Below, in pieces: positions 49,111 to 58,640 of a stretch of 64,000 nt of DNA. Position 1 is the first letter of the stretch. Each line of letters opens with the position of its first letter. Below the pieces are notes generated by a model. That model did not search any database and had not been told where the DNA came from. It saw nothing but the letters and a program-made list of their open reading frames with translations. Where the stretch lies: the NCBI GenBank assembly GCA_050633245.1, contig JBOEGD010000024.1:1-64000 (forward strand), read 5' to 3'. The translations under genes and the position numbers were made by a program. The DNA comes from Calditrichia bacterium (GTDB lineage: Bacteria; Calditrichota; Calditrichia; RBG-13-44-9; J075).

Positions 49111-50739
49111 TTGCGAGAATTGCGCTACACGCTTTTATTTCTCTTTGGATTTATGGGATGCCTTCTGGCACAGCGTTCGGATGCTTTACCACCGAGTTTG
49201 GGGGGTAAGTTGACTATTGGCATTGTAGCTGATCCCACAGAGTTGCTGCATCCACTGCGCGTTCGCGCACTGGAAGAGAAGCGTATTGCCGATTTGATCT
49301 TTGGAAACAGCGTGTTCCGTAAAAGCGAAGCGACCAGGAATCCACCAAATTTCTTTAATATTGAACCGAGCGATCGCTCAAATCGCCTTTGGAAAATTGT
49401 GCTGCGTCGTGGCATTGCCTTTCACGATGGCAATTACATGAGCAACGAGGATATTGTCTTTACGATTGAATTGATTCGCAAATTTGGTGGTGCACTATTA
49501 AATGTTCCGCTTCGTTTTGACGATGTGGTGCAAATGAAAAAAAATGGTGATCTCGAGTTACTTGTCGAGTTGAAAGACGGTGACAAGCTGTTTGTCGAGC
49601 GGATCGCACAGATTCCTATTCTTCCCAGCCATTACTATTCTGATGCGCTTGAAAAGGGTTTTGCGGTTTTTCGCAATAAAGCTCCAATGGGCAGCGGGCC
49701 ATACCGATGGTCTTCTTCGACCAAAGATCAGTTACGACTGGTTTTTCATCCCAACTATTATGCCGGACGTCCGTTTCTTCAGGAAATCAGCGTAAGATTC
49801 TATGATAATGAGCAGCAAATTAGCAGTGCTCTGGTAAATGACCAGATCGACTTTGCCGAACTGCCGGATCATGGTAGTGCCAATCGCCTGCACGATTTAA
49901 TGAAAAGTAAGCTGAACGTATTTCTGGTGCCCCGTGAGGCAACGCGAATTACGTTTATTCTATTCAACCTGAAATCCTTTCCTCTAAGTGCCAAAGAAGC
50001 ACGTCGTGCGCTACACCTGGCCTTAAACCGCATAGACATGGCAAGCGGTGTGGGGCCGTTACTCAATACAGTTATGCCCGTCGAACATTCTGACTATGAT
50101 CGTTCGCTGTTCTCAAATGACTACAACCCTCAAGCGGCAATACAAATGCTAAGGGATAAAGGCTGGACGCAATTGCCCGGTAGTAATTTGATGGCAAAAG
50201 AGGGCAAACCCTTTTCATTCGAGTTGTTTTTTGCCGAAAAATCTACTCTTGAAGAGAATCTCGCGCGAACTATTCTTTTGAATCTGCGCGAATTGAATAT
50301 TGATGTAAAACCTATTCCGTTGCCTTCCGTAAGCAAGAAGAAGCGTTTGGAACAGGGAACGTTCGAATCGATGATTTTTAGCTATGAATATGATTCGGAG
50401 TATATCTACGAGGCATTAGAGGAATTTTATTTTGAGATTCTTGGAGCGGGGGCAACACCGGTTAATTATCGCAATCGCTATATTTCAAACATTTTCAGGA
50501 TTGCTCGCGAGGGCGGCGAGCGCGAATCTATTCCACAGCGCTTTCAGCTGTTTGTACATCAGGAAATGCCGGCAGTTTTTCTATTTCACGAACAGGCGCG
50601 TGTCGTTGCGGTACGCAACCGTGTAAAGGGGTTTCGTACTCAGGAAATAACTCAGGCAGGAACGATTACGCGCTTGAATCCGATTGAAGAATGGTTTATT
50701 CCACGTGAACTCCAGCGAGGGAGTAGCAATGGCAATTAG
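49111..50739 (+). CDS. Family-5 (Opp/Dpp-type) solute-binding protein
   Basis: Signal peptide; GG.LTIG; LR.GI.FHDG...EDIVFT; PMGSGPY; YYAGRPFL; RRAL.LALNR; no permease or ATPase genes adjacent. Confidence 0.85.
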   Translation: MRELRYTLLFLFGFMGCLLAQRSDALPPSLGGKLTIGIVADPTELLHPLRVRALEEKRIADLIFGNSVFRKSEATRNPPNFFNIEPSDRSNRLWKIVLRRGIAFHDGNYMSNEDIVFTIELIRKFGGALLNVPLRFDDVVQMKKNGDLELLVELKDGDKLFVERIAQIPILPSHYYSDALEKGFAVFRNKAPMGSGPYRWSSSTKDQLRLVFHPNYYAGRPFLQEISVRFYDNEQQISSALVNDQIDFAELPDHGSANRLHDLMKSKLNVFLVPREATRITFILFNLKSFPLSAKEARRALHLALNRIDMASGVGPLLNTVMPVEHSDYDRSLFSNDYNPQAAIQMLRDKGWTQLPGSNLMAKEGKPFSFELFFAEKSTLEENLARTILLNLRELNIDVKPIPLPSVSKKKRLEQGTFESMIFSYEYDSEYIYEALEEFYFEILGAGATPVNYRNRYISNIFRIAREGGERESIPQRFQLFVHQEMPAVFLFHEQARVVAVRNRVKGFRTQEITQAGTITRLNPIEEWFIPRELQRGSSNGN

Positions 50740-52564
50740 AATTAAAAAACGACTTCGTCAGCTGAGAGCCAAAATTCGACGTTTCTCCTCGCGTAAAATA
50801 TCCAATCGACTTATTCTGACGAATGTTGCTCTTGGCGCCATCCCACTGGTTGTTGTGGGGCTTTTTCTAATCTCATTAACTGCTAATACCGTGGAAAGCT
50901 ATATTCATCAGCGAAACTTAGAGACTGCTCGCAGAGCAGGAAACGACATCGCTTTATTTTTAAACCGACCGTTTACCATTCTTCAAACAACCGCCTTTAC
51001 TCAAGATATTGTATCGATGGCTCCGCTACAGCAGAACATCATGATCAATAAGCTAAAAAAAGAGAACCAGCTGTTCAATAAACTCTTTGTGGTGAACGAT
51101 AGCGGTAAGGTTATCGCGACGACTCGTTTTGGGGAAGAAAACTCCGATGTATCGCAGGAAGTCTTCTATCGCCAGGCGCTGGCAGATAGCGCCTATTTTT
51201 CAGATGTGTACTTTACAGGATCGCGATTTCCGGTGATGCTGATTTCAGAGCCGATTCGTCGTTATGGAAAGGTTGCCGGTGCACTGGCTGCCGAAGTCGA
51301 CCTTGAGAGTATTTGGAGCGTGGTAGACAGCATTCACATTGGCAAAACCGGTCTGGCCTTTTTACTGAGTGAAAAAGGCGAGGTTATTGCGCACCCGGAC
51401 AAGGCTGAAGTGCTGGACCGTCGTAATTTCTCGAGCTATGGCTTTTTTTCTAAATTGCGGGAAGGGATTAGCGGCGTAACGAATATTGAAAGTCGGGGTG
51501 AGCCGCAGGTTGCCGCGTTTGTTCCTATCTTTGAGCCGCCCTGGGGCGTCGTTGTGCTACAGTCTGAGCAGGAAGCCTTTATGCTGGCGAGCGAAATGCA
51601 GCGTCGCATTGTGATTGCGCTTTTCCTGACTATGCTTAGCGCTGTTTTACTCGGTATCTTTGGCGTGAAGCGCTTTACGCGTCCTTTGCTGGAATTAGTA
51701 CGCGGTGTGCGGGAATACGCCGGTGGTAATCTAAGCCATAAAATAGAAATGAACTCCAAAGATGAAATTGCCCTCTTGGCGCAGGAGTTCAACTCGATGG
51801 CGACTTCCTTAATGAAAAATCAACGTGAACTACAGCGAATGGAGCGGCTTGCCTCACTGAGTCGTTTTGCGGCTCTGGTGAGCCATGAAGTGCGCAATCC
51901 GCTGAATTCAATGAACATCAATATGCAGATCCTTAAGCGCTTAATAGACAAGCCGGAAGTGGACTCGGAGCGCAAAATAAAATATCTGGACGTTATCTCA
52001 TCGGAAATTACTCGAATTAACGATATGGTTACGAACTTCCTGACAATTTCCCGTCCACCGGAACTACAGCTTTCTCCAACGGATATTCACTCGGTCATCG
52101 ATGAAATTGTGCTACTTCAGGAAGCGCGCGCTGCCGCAGAGGGCGTCGAACTGAAACGCATTTTTTGCGAGTCTCCACTTGTCGGGCGACTGGATTACAA
52201 CCAGCTGAAGCAGGTTTTTATCAACCTGATTAACAATGCACTTGAAGCAATGAATGATTCGGGAACCATTTTCATTGAAACATCTATAAAAGAAGTAGCA
52301 TCTAACGATGATTCGGGAAGAAGAATGGCCCGAGTATCGTTTCGCGATACCGGCGAAGGGATTCCGGAAGAAATTTTGGCAGAGGTCTTCGAGTTTTACT
52401 ATACCACGAAGCGTGCCGGAACCGGCCTGGGACTTGCAATAGCAAAACAAATTGTTGAAGGTCATGGAGGAAGTGTCTATATTGAAACGACGGAACAGAT
52501 TGGAACGAGTGTGATTATCGATCTGCCAATTGGGCCGGTTGAAGAACCGATCGAAAAGCAGTAA
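50729..52564 (+). CDS. Sensor histidine kinase (TM-dCache-TM-HAMP-HisKA-HATPase)
   Basis: ATG 50729 with SD GGGAG; VIAHPD cache motif; DEI..LA..FN.M HAMP; SHEVRNPL; NLINNA; DTGEG; GTGLGL. Confidence 0.95.
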   Translation: MAIRIKKRLRQLRAKIRRFSSRKISNRLILTNVALGAIPLVVVGLFLISLTANTVESYIHQRNLETARRAGNDIALFLNRPFTILQTTAFTQDIVSMAPLQQNIMINKLKKENQLFNKLFVVNDSGKVIATTRFGEENSDVSQEVFYRQALADSAYFSDVYFTGSRFPVMLISEPIRRYGKVAGALAAEVDLESIWSVVDSIHIGKTGLAFLLSEKGEVIAHPDKAEVLDRRNFSSYGFFSKLREGISGVTNIESRGEPQVAAFVPIFEPPWGVVVLQSEQEAFMLASEMQRRIVIALFLTMLSAVLLGIFGVKRFTRPLLELVRGVREYAGGNLSHKIEMNSKDEIALLAQEFNSMATSLMKNQRELQRMERLASLSRFAALVSHEVRNPLNSMNINMQILKRLIDKPEVDSERKIKYLDVISSEITRINDMVTNFLTISRPPELQLSPTDIHSVIDEIVLLQEARAAAEGVELKRIFCESPLVGRLDYNQLKQVFINLINNALEAMNDSGTIFIETSIKEVASNDDSGRRMARVSFRDTGEGIPEEILAEVFEFYYTTKRAGTGLGLAIAKQIVEGHGGSVYIETTEQIGTSVIIDLPIGPVEEPIEKQ

Positions 52565-52715
52565 GGCGTTTCAATTATATTTTTTAAGAATTCTTCTTTA
52601 TACCGGCGAATGAGCTGGAATAAGACCGATAACCTATCATCAGATTATTTACTTATCGCAGCGAGGTAGTGATTGGGGGCTTTTTCTACCACATCAATCT
52701 GCGAGGCAAGAACGA

Positions 52716-54086
52716 ATGAATGAACGGATACTAATTGTCGAGGATGACATTAACACCCTTAACGGGTTGGCGGAAATACTTGAGGACGAGAAATTTGCCG
52801 TCAGCAAGTCTAAGAATTCGCGCCAGGCTTTAGGGCAGCTAAAAGAGAACAGCTTTGATGTTCTGCTGGTAGACTACCTGCTGCCCGATACCGATGGACT
52901 CCATCTGTGTAAAGATGTGCTCGGAGAGCAACCCGATATTAAGATTATTATGATGACCGCTTTTGGCACGGTTAAGAATGCCGTGGATGCCATGAAGCTG
53001 GGAATTTACGATTACCTCACCAAGCCTATAAATTTGGATGAGCTGCTTATCGTCCTGCGTCGTGCGATTCAGGAACAGCAGCTGATTTCAGAGAACCGCT
53101 CGCTTAAGTCGAAAATTAATAAGACCTATAGCTTCGATAACATTATCGGAGTCAGCGGAAAAATGCAGCAGGTCTTTCAGAAAGTCTCGAAAGTTGCGGT
53201 ATCCGATGCTACAGTCTTAATACGCGGACAGAGTGGAACCGGTAAAGAGTTGATTGCGCGTTCTATTCACTATCAAAGTCAACGTAATGAACATCCGCTG
53301 GTCGAGATAAACTGCGCATCCATTCCTGAAAATTTGTTGGAAAGCGAACTCTTCGGTCATGAGAAAGGCGCATTTACCGGCGCTTATAAGATGAAGAAGG
53401 GCAAATTTGAAGTCGCCGATAAAGGATCGCTCTTTTTGGATGAGATCGGTGAATTGCCGATGTCTCTTCAGGCCAAACTACTGCGGGTGCTTCAGGAAAA
53501 GCGCTTTAATCGCGTAGGTGGTGTCACCAACCTGGAAGTCGATGTGCGTCTTATCGCTGCGACGAATGCCGATCTTGAGCAAAAAATGCGCGACGGGCTT
53601 TTTCGGGAAGATTTGTATTATCGCCTGAACGTTATTCCGATACTTATTCCACCGTTGCGTGAAAGACTGGAAGATATTGGGCCCTTAGTAGAGCACTTTA
53701 TCGCCAAATATGCCGAGAAGAATGGACGACAGATGTCCGGTATTTCGGACGATGCGCTAAAGATTATGATGAAGTATGAGTGGCCTGGAAACGTGCGGGA
53801 GCTCGAAAACGCCATCGAAAATGCCATCGTCATGTGCGATAGTGAGGTTGTAACGGCTGAGGATTTACCTGCGTATTTACAACAGTCGGAAACGACCAAT
53901 ATGCCGCTGCTAAATATCGTGGTGGGTGACAAGGAACTTGGGTATCGTGAAAAATTGGATGCCTGCGAACGTGAGATTATCAGGCAGGCATTGATAGATA
54001 CGTCGAATAACAAGACCCGTGCCGCGAAAAAGCTTGGCTTTACGCTGCGAACGATGCGCAATAAAGCGAAAAAGTACGACCTTTAA
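52716..54086 (+). CDS. Sigma54-dependent response regulator (NtrC/AtoC family)
   Basis: REC (EDD, D, TAFG, KP); GQSGTGKE; ESELFGHEKGAFTGA; LFLDEIGE; WPGNVREL; Fis-type HTH. Confidence 0.97.
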   Translation: MNERILIVEDDINTLNGLAEILEDEKFAVSKSKNSRQALGQLKENSFDVLLVDYLLPDTDGLHLCKDVLGEQPDIKIIMMTAFGTVKNAVDAMKLGIYDYLTKPINLDELLIVLRRAIQEQQLISENRSLKSKINKTYSFDNIIGVSGKMQQVFQKVSKVAVSDATVLIRGQSGTGKELIARSIHYQSQRNEHPLVEINCASIPENLLESELFGHEKGAFTGAYKMKKGKFEVADKGSLFLDEIGELPMSLQAKLLRVLQEKRFNRVGGVTNLEVDVRLIAATNADLEQKMRDGLFREDLYYRLNVIPILIPPLRERLEDIGPLVEHFIAKYAEKNGRQMSGISDDALKIMMKYEWPGNVRELENAIENAIVMCDSEVVTAEDLPAYLQQSETTNMPLLNIVVGDKELGYREKLDACEREIIRQALIDTSNNKTRAAKKLGFTLRTMRNKAKKYDL

Positions 54087-54127
54087 AACGTGATCTTTAT
54101 ACACCCTCACCCAAAAGGGAGATTATT

Positions 54128-54781
54128 ATGAACCGTTTTTTTCTAATATTAGCGATGCTGTTTCTGTCCATCGGATTATTTGCTCAGTCTGAGGGGACTG
54201 GTGGTGTGGACGATAACTGGTTTGGACATCAGCAGGTAGAACATGCCGGCACATCCTGGGAAGATTTCCAGGATCGCAGTGGCCGCGCCTTGTTTACCGC
54301 CGGCCCGGGTTATGTTGGTTCTTCCCTGGCTTACTTTATGAATGGCGGTGGGCGTTTGCAGTATGGTCTTAATCTGGATCTTGTAACGGTTTTCGATGGT
54401 GCTCAGCAGCGTCTTACTCAAGCCGGATACACGGTTAGCCAAAGCGAACAGGCGTTTTTGGTGCCGCTATGGTTATCGATGAAAGTTAAAGTAACGGATA
54501 ATCCATTTGCGAAGTTTGCACCCTATGTTATTACCGGTGCTGGTCCTACGCTGGGCCTGAAGTTTAATGATGCCTCTACCTTTAGCAATATCATCAGCAA
54601 TGTAGAAGGTGAGCTTGGTGGTGGTGCATTTTTGGGTGCCGGTGTCGACTTTATGTGGATGGAGCGCTGGGCAATTAGCACGGACGTCCGATACAACTTT
54701 GTGAAGTTCAACGACACGCTTGGCCTTAGCGATGAATATCGCGGTGTATCGTTTTCGTTTGGATTTATTCGGGCATTTTAA
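54128..54781 (+). CDS. Small outer-membrane beta-barrel protein (OmpW/OmpA-like)
   Basis: Signal peptide; PYV..GAG, G.G...GAGVDF, DVRYNFV strands; terminal Phe. Confidence 0.75.
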   Translation: MNRFFLILAMLFLSIGLFAQSEGTGGVDDNWFGHQQVEHAGTSWEDFQDRSGRALFTAGPGYVGSSLAYFMNGGGRLQYGLNLDLVTVFDGAQQRLTQAGYTVSQSEQAFLVPLWLSMKVKVTDNPFAKFAPYVITGAGPTLGLKFNDASTFSNIISNVEGELGGGAFLGAGVDFMWMERWAISTDVRYNFVKFNDTLGLSDEYRGVSFSFGFIRAF

Positions 54782-54837
54782 TTGATGAATGATGATTGAT
54801 CATTGATGCGAATTACGGTTTGAAGTTCATGGCATAA

Positions 54838-54892
54838 TTAGAGACGAAAATGTGCGCTTCGACTCCTCTCAGCACGACATTTTCGTCTCTAA
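54838..54892. repeat. REP-like core inside a 16-bp perfect inverted repeat
   Basis: TTAGAGACGAAAATGT / ACATTTTCGTCTCTAA enclosing GCGCTTCGACTCCTCTCAGCACG. Confidence 0.8.
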
Positions 54893-54958
54893 AGTATAGC
54901 CAAAGCTTCAACATGTAATTCACATCATTGACTATTGCCCACTAAAAATTAGATTCCC

Positions 54959-55027
54959 TGTCGCCTTGTCGCCTTGTCGCCTTGTCGCCTTGTCGCCCCG
55001 TCACCCCGTCACCCCGTCACCCCGTCC
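54959..55027. repeat. 8-bp tandem repeat
   Basis: (TGTCGCCT)x4, TGTCGCCC, (CGTCACCC)x3, partial CGTCC. Confidence 0.95.
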
Positions 55028-55105
55028 ATCTACTCAGGTATTTCCCCTAAAATGACGATAGTGAAAGCACAATAATGGATTATTGTGGATCAGCAAGGGA
55101 GTGCA

Positions 55106-55960
55106 ATGAATAGTACGATTGAACAGGTTGCGGCAGGTATTTCGCGATTACCCGCGATTCCATCTGTCGCCGGAGAGCTACTTCGCCTCTGCCGGGAGAA
55201 TGGTGACGATGAAAACACGCTGAACATGCTCATTCGAAGCGATCCGGCTTTACTGTGCTATATCTTAAAAGTGAGTAACGCAGCATACTTTGGCAAACCG
55301 GCGGCAATCTTTACGCTAACTGAAGCAATCGAGCAGTTGGGAATACGCAAAATACGCGATATTGCAAAAGGACATGCCTGTTTTAGCCTGGCAAAGCTAG
55401 CGGACTATCCTCCACAAGCCGAGCGATGCTGGCAGCACATTCTGTTGAGAACAATTGCCGCGGAATGCGTTGCCGAACAGTATAGTCCATCTGAGAGTGA
55501 ATATTTTATGACGCTGACGGCCTTAAGTCATATTGGTGAGCTGGCAAAAATCAACCAAAATGCGGTTGAATCGCTCAATGGCAATACTTCAGATGAAAAA
55601 AAGTTGTTTTTAAATTTTGATCAGCACGAATTTGGGGCTATTATATTAAAAAAATGGAATTTACCGGAGCAAATTCCGATAATTATTCGCTCGTTGAATA
55701 ATCCGGATGCTATTTCAGAGATGCCAATGCTTTATCGGCATGTCCGGTTTGTTCTTCTTGCCAGGGAACTGGCTGACTATCTGCGGCACGGCAACCACAG
55801 CGCAACCGATAACAGAAGATTATGGGATGCTGTTAACTCCGGCTTGTGCGCCTCCACAGATGCGTTTATTACACTTGCAGGTTCCATTCGGCAACGCGTT
55901 CAAAACTATATCCGTGCTATTTTGGCACTGGGTATTCGGGTAGGGGACACCGGTTTATGA
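55106..55960 (+). CDS. Stand-alone HDOD-domain protein
   Basis: LPAIPSVA, I.SDPAL...ILKVSNAAYFG, AI..LG, DQHEFGA.IL.KWNLP; ATG 55106 with SD AAGGGAG. Confidence 0.88.
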   Translation: MNSTIEQVAAGISRLPAIPSVAGELLRLCRENGDDENTLNMLIRSDPALLCYILKVSNAAYFGKPAAIFTLTEAIEQLGIRKIRDIAKGHACFSLAKLADYPPQAERCWQHILLRTIAAECVAEQYSPSESEYFMTLTALSHIGELAKINQNAVESLNGNTSDEKKLFLNFDQHEFGAIILKKWNLPEQIPIIIRSLNNPDAISEMPMLYRHVRFVLLARELADYLRHGNHSATDNRRLWDAVNSGLCASTDAFITLAGSIRQRVQNYIRAILALGIRVGDTGL

Positions 55961-58218
55961 GTGCGCGTTCAAATATCAGCAGTTATTTCGAAAGCATTCT
56001 GGTTTCCATTAAAAACATGGAACAGGGTGCAAAAATGTTCGATAAGCTTCATGTTTTGGGAAAGGAAATTTCCCAGCTGGAGCGCTATGTCAAAAGTTCA
56101 TTTGAAACGTTAGACAATCATTTTCAAGCCTACATTGAGCAGATCAATCTGCTATCCAGCCTAATTGAATTTCAGCGTAAAGTGGTTCACTATCGCACGC
56201 CCGACGACATGGCTGAGGCTGCTTTTCGCTATGTCCACGATAATGTCGGTTTCGATGACGCTTTTTTACTGTTGGAAATCGGTTCGGAAAAAAGCGGTGG
56301 AAACATCATCGCAGCGGATCGTGAAAAGCTGCCGCAATACGAAAAATTCCTCTCAGACAATGATAATGCCGGACGCCTGAAGCGCATGATCGAGGACAAA
56401 GATCTGGGCATGATCCTCAGCAATGTCGATCAGTTTCAATCCGATCAGCTATCCTGGCACTTGTTGGATGCAAAATCTGCCATTATCTTTCCACTCCGCG
56501 TTCAGGGAAAATTTCTGGGATTCGGCGTAATGATTCGTCGCAAGAACCCGTTTTTACTAAACCAGCTTTCGTTTGTCAATCTAATCCTCGGCATGCTTTC
56601 GCTTCTGATTTTCCAGCATTACTATCTGTTTCACCTAAAGCGAAAGCTGTTCAAACAGGTAAAGCTGCAAAAAGTGCTGGAGAAGGTTACCTTCGCCGAG
56701 TATTTCGATCATGGTCCACTGTTTATTTATTCTTTGGATCAACGCGGTGTCATATTGCATGCTAACAATGCAGCTCTGGATCGCATCAATCGCGAAAAGG
56801 CCAGCGTTATTGGTGAAAGTTTTATGAGCTTTTTGGTCGATGCGGATCGCAAGCCGGTAGAGAATATGTTAAATAAGCTACAGCTTGGAGAGCTAAAGTT
56901 TTACCAGGCCAGGATGCGGCCATCTGGAACGGAACCACTGATTTGTGACTTCTATTTAACCAAAATGGAGCTGCATGATCGCTTCAATTTGAATATTATT
57001 TTTGCCGTCGATATTACGCAAAAATTTTATCAGCAGCAGCTCGAGCAGCGCAATCGCATTTTAGACAGTGTCGGACAGGTTGCACGACGATTGAACTCGC
57101 AGCTTAACGACCTGCTTTCAGTTGCGGTGCCGCATGTTAGTCTTCTAAAAACTCGCTTGGAGAATACCGAAAACAGTTCAAGTTTGCTGGCGGTTGAAAA
57201 TGCGCTTGAAAAAACCGGCAGTATGGCCAGGAAGTTCCTGAACTACGATCTGGTCGATATCGAACGACCGATGCGCATACAGCTTAACGATCTGCTACGT
57301 GATACGGCGATGGGGCTTCAGGATGGTCTGCAGGGAGATGTGCGTTTCGATTTTGCACTGGATCCAGGCATCCCACTGCTGCAGACATTTCCGAAACGCC
57401 TGACCCAGCTGGTAAAAATTTTGACGCAAAACAGTCTTGAGGTTGTTGGGAACGATGGAGTTATCCGCTACTCAACGCAGATTGTGGTGCGAAAGAGTGA
57501 CGGCGTTTTAAGGCCGCAAATGATCCATTTGCAAAAGGGCCGCTTTGTTGAGTTTGTGGTGAGTGATAATGGACCGGGAATCCCGCAGCACGAGCTGAAT
57601 GATATTTTCAGGCCATTCTATTCAAATAAAGTAAAAAATGACAGCCTTGGTATGGGTTTATTCGTTGCTTATTCAATAGTCAAAGATATGGGCGGCGAGA
57701 TTGTTGCCCGGAGTCTGCCAGGTGAAGGTGCTTCGCTGCATGTTTTTCTCCCTCTTGGTGAGAAAGCAGAACCAGAGCTTAAAATAGTACCGAATGGCAA
57801 AAGCCGCAAACCGGTGATTTTGATTGTCGATGATGAGTATACGATTCGCGAAATGCTTCGTGAAATTTTTGAAGAGCGCCACTTTAAAGTTCATACTGCT
57901 GCCGATGGTATGGAGGGCACGAAGATTTTTGAACAACATCAGAATGAGATTGACTTAGTGATACTGGATATGGTTATGCCGGTGTTGGATGGCAAAGCAG
58001 CCTTCGAAGCAATTCGGCAGATAAAGCCCGATCAGCGCGTGATTGTAATCAGCGGCTACAGTAAGCAGGAAGATCTACAGGAACTTCTGATGAAAGGCGT
58101 TTCCCAATTTCTCAGCAAACCCTTTCAGCTGGGTGAGCTGGTGCGATGTGTTGAAAAGGCACTGCAGGAAAAAGAGGCTAACGACAGTGCTCCAGAAAAA
58201 CATCCGGATCCTGCTTAA
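55957..58218 (+). CDS. Hybrid sensor protein GAF-PAS-(degenerate HisKA)-HATPase-REC
   Basis: ATGA overlap with HDOD fixes the start at 55957; DNGPGI, IF.PF, GMGL; REC VDDE/LDMVMP/SGY/KPF; H-box His absent. Confidence 0.88.
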   Translation: MSARSNISSYFESILVSIKNMEQGAKMFDKLHVLGKEISQLERYVKSSFETLDNHFQAYIEQINLLSSLIEFQRKVVHYRTPDDMAEAAFRYVHDNVGFDDAFLLLEIGSEKSGGNIIAADREKLPQYEKFLSDNDNAGRLKRMIEDKDLGMILSNVDQFQSDQLSWHLLDAKSAIIFPLRVQGKFLGFGVMIRRKNPFLLNQLSFVNLILGMLSLLIFQHYYLFHLKRKLFKQVKLQKVLEKVTFAEYFDHGPLFIYSLDQRGVILHANNAALDRINREKASVIGESFMSFLVDADRKPVENMLNKLQLGELKFYQARMRPSGTEPLICDFYLTKMELHDRFNLNIIFAVDITQKFYQQQLEQRNRILDSVGQVARRLNSQLNDLLSVAVPHVSLLKTRLENTENSSSLLAVENALEKTGSMARKFLNYDLVDIERPMRIQLNDLLRDTAMGLQDGLQGDVRFDFALDPGIPLLQTFPKRLTQLVKILTQNSLEVVGNDGVIRYSTQIVVRKSDGVLRPQMIHLQKGRFVEFVVSDNGPGIPQHELNDIFRPFYSNKVKNDSLGMGLFVAYSIVKDMGGEIVARSLPGEGASLHVFLPLGEKAEPELKIVPNGKSRKPVILIVDDEYTIREMLREIFEERHFKVHTAADGMEGTKIFEQHQNEIDLVILDMVMPVLDGKAAFEAIRQIKPDQRVIVISGYSKQEDLQELLMKGVSQFLSKPFQLGELVRCVEKALQEKEANDSAPEKHPDPA

Positions 58219-58405
58219 GATCAACAGCGTACAGCCGTACCAGCTCCGGAGAAAGAAAATCCTCATTGGGAAGCGTTAATCTTTCAAATGGAAAGTTCGT
58301 ATTACGCATAACCGTAACCTGCGGTGTTTTCAAATCTTCTAAAAATCCAAGATTTTGAATAGTTCGCACGAGGTTTACCCTTGAGATTTGCTCACGGGTC
58401 GGCAC
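58178..58405 (-). CDS. HicA-like protein lacking the GSH motif (75 aa)
   Basis: From GTG 58405: MPTREQISRVNLVRTIQNLGF...VMR....LTLPNEDFLSPELVR......DPDVFL follows the HicA pattern; directly downstream of hicB. Confidence 0.55.
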   Translation of the reverse strand: MPTREQISRVNLVRTIQNLGFLEDLKTPQVTVMRNTNFPFERLTLPNEDFLSPELVRLYAVDLKQDPDVFLEHCR

Positions 58406-58448
58406 GGGCGCTGGTGTTATCAGCTTACCTGTCTTTGCTGCAGACTTC

Positions 58449-58640
58449 TTACGCGGTTGTCTGGTAGTCGATTTTTTCGTGGCGCTGTTTGTGGCTGACG
58501 ATGTAGGCTTTGATTGCCCCTTCGATTGCCTGCTGCGCCTCTTCTTCGCTTTTTGATTCAATATGACACCCTTTTAGCGTTGGACAGCTCGCTAAATAAA
58601 TTTTTTCGTCAATTTTTCGAATCACAATCTTTAACTTCAT
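58449..58640 (-). CDS. Short HicB-family antitoxin-like protein
   Basis: Y.ASCP.LKGCH....SEEEA...I..AI..YI pattern; upstream promoter TTGTAT-N17-TATATT (58695-58667). Confidence 0.8.
   Translation of the reverse strand: MKLKIVIRKIDEKIYLASCPTLKGCHIESKSEEEAQQAIEGAIKAYIVSHKQRHEKIDYQTTA

Noticed and set aside
54959-55027. CRISPR array
   Set aside because: 8-bp contiguous units with no spacers and no cas genes
55846-55956. Cys-containing N-terminal extension of the hybrid kinase
   Set aside because: It overlaps HDOD coding sequence; the ATGA junction at 55957 is the natural start
58178-58561. 127-aa basic ORF as given in the track
   Set aside because: Its Lys/Ser-rich N-terminal half is an off-frame reading of hicB; only the part from GTG 58405 looks like a real protein
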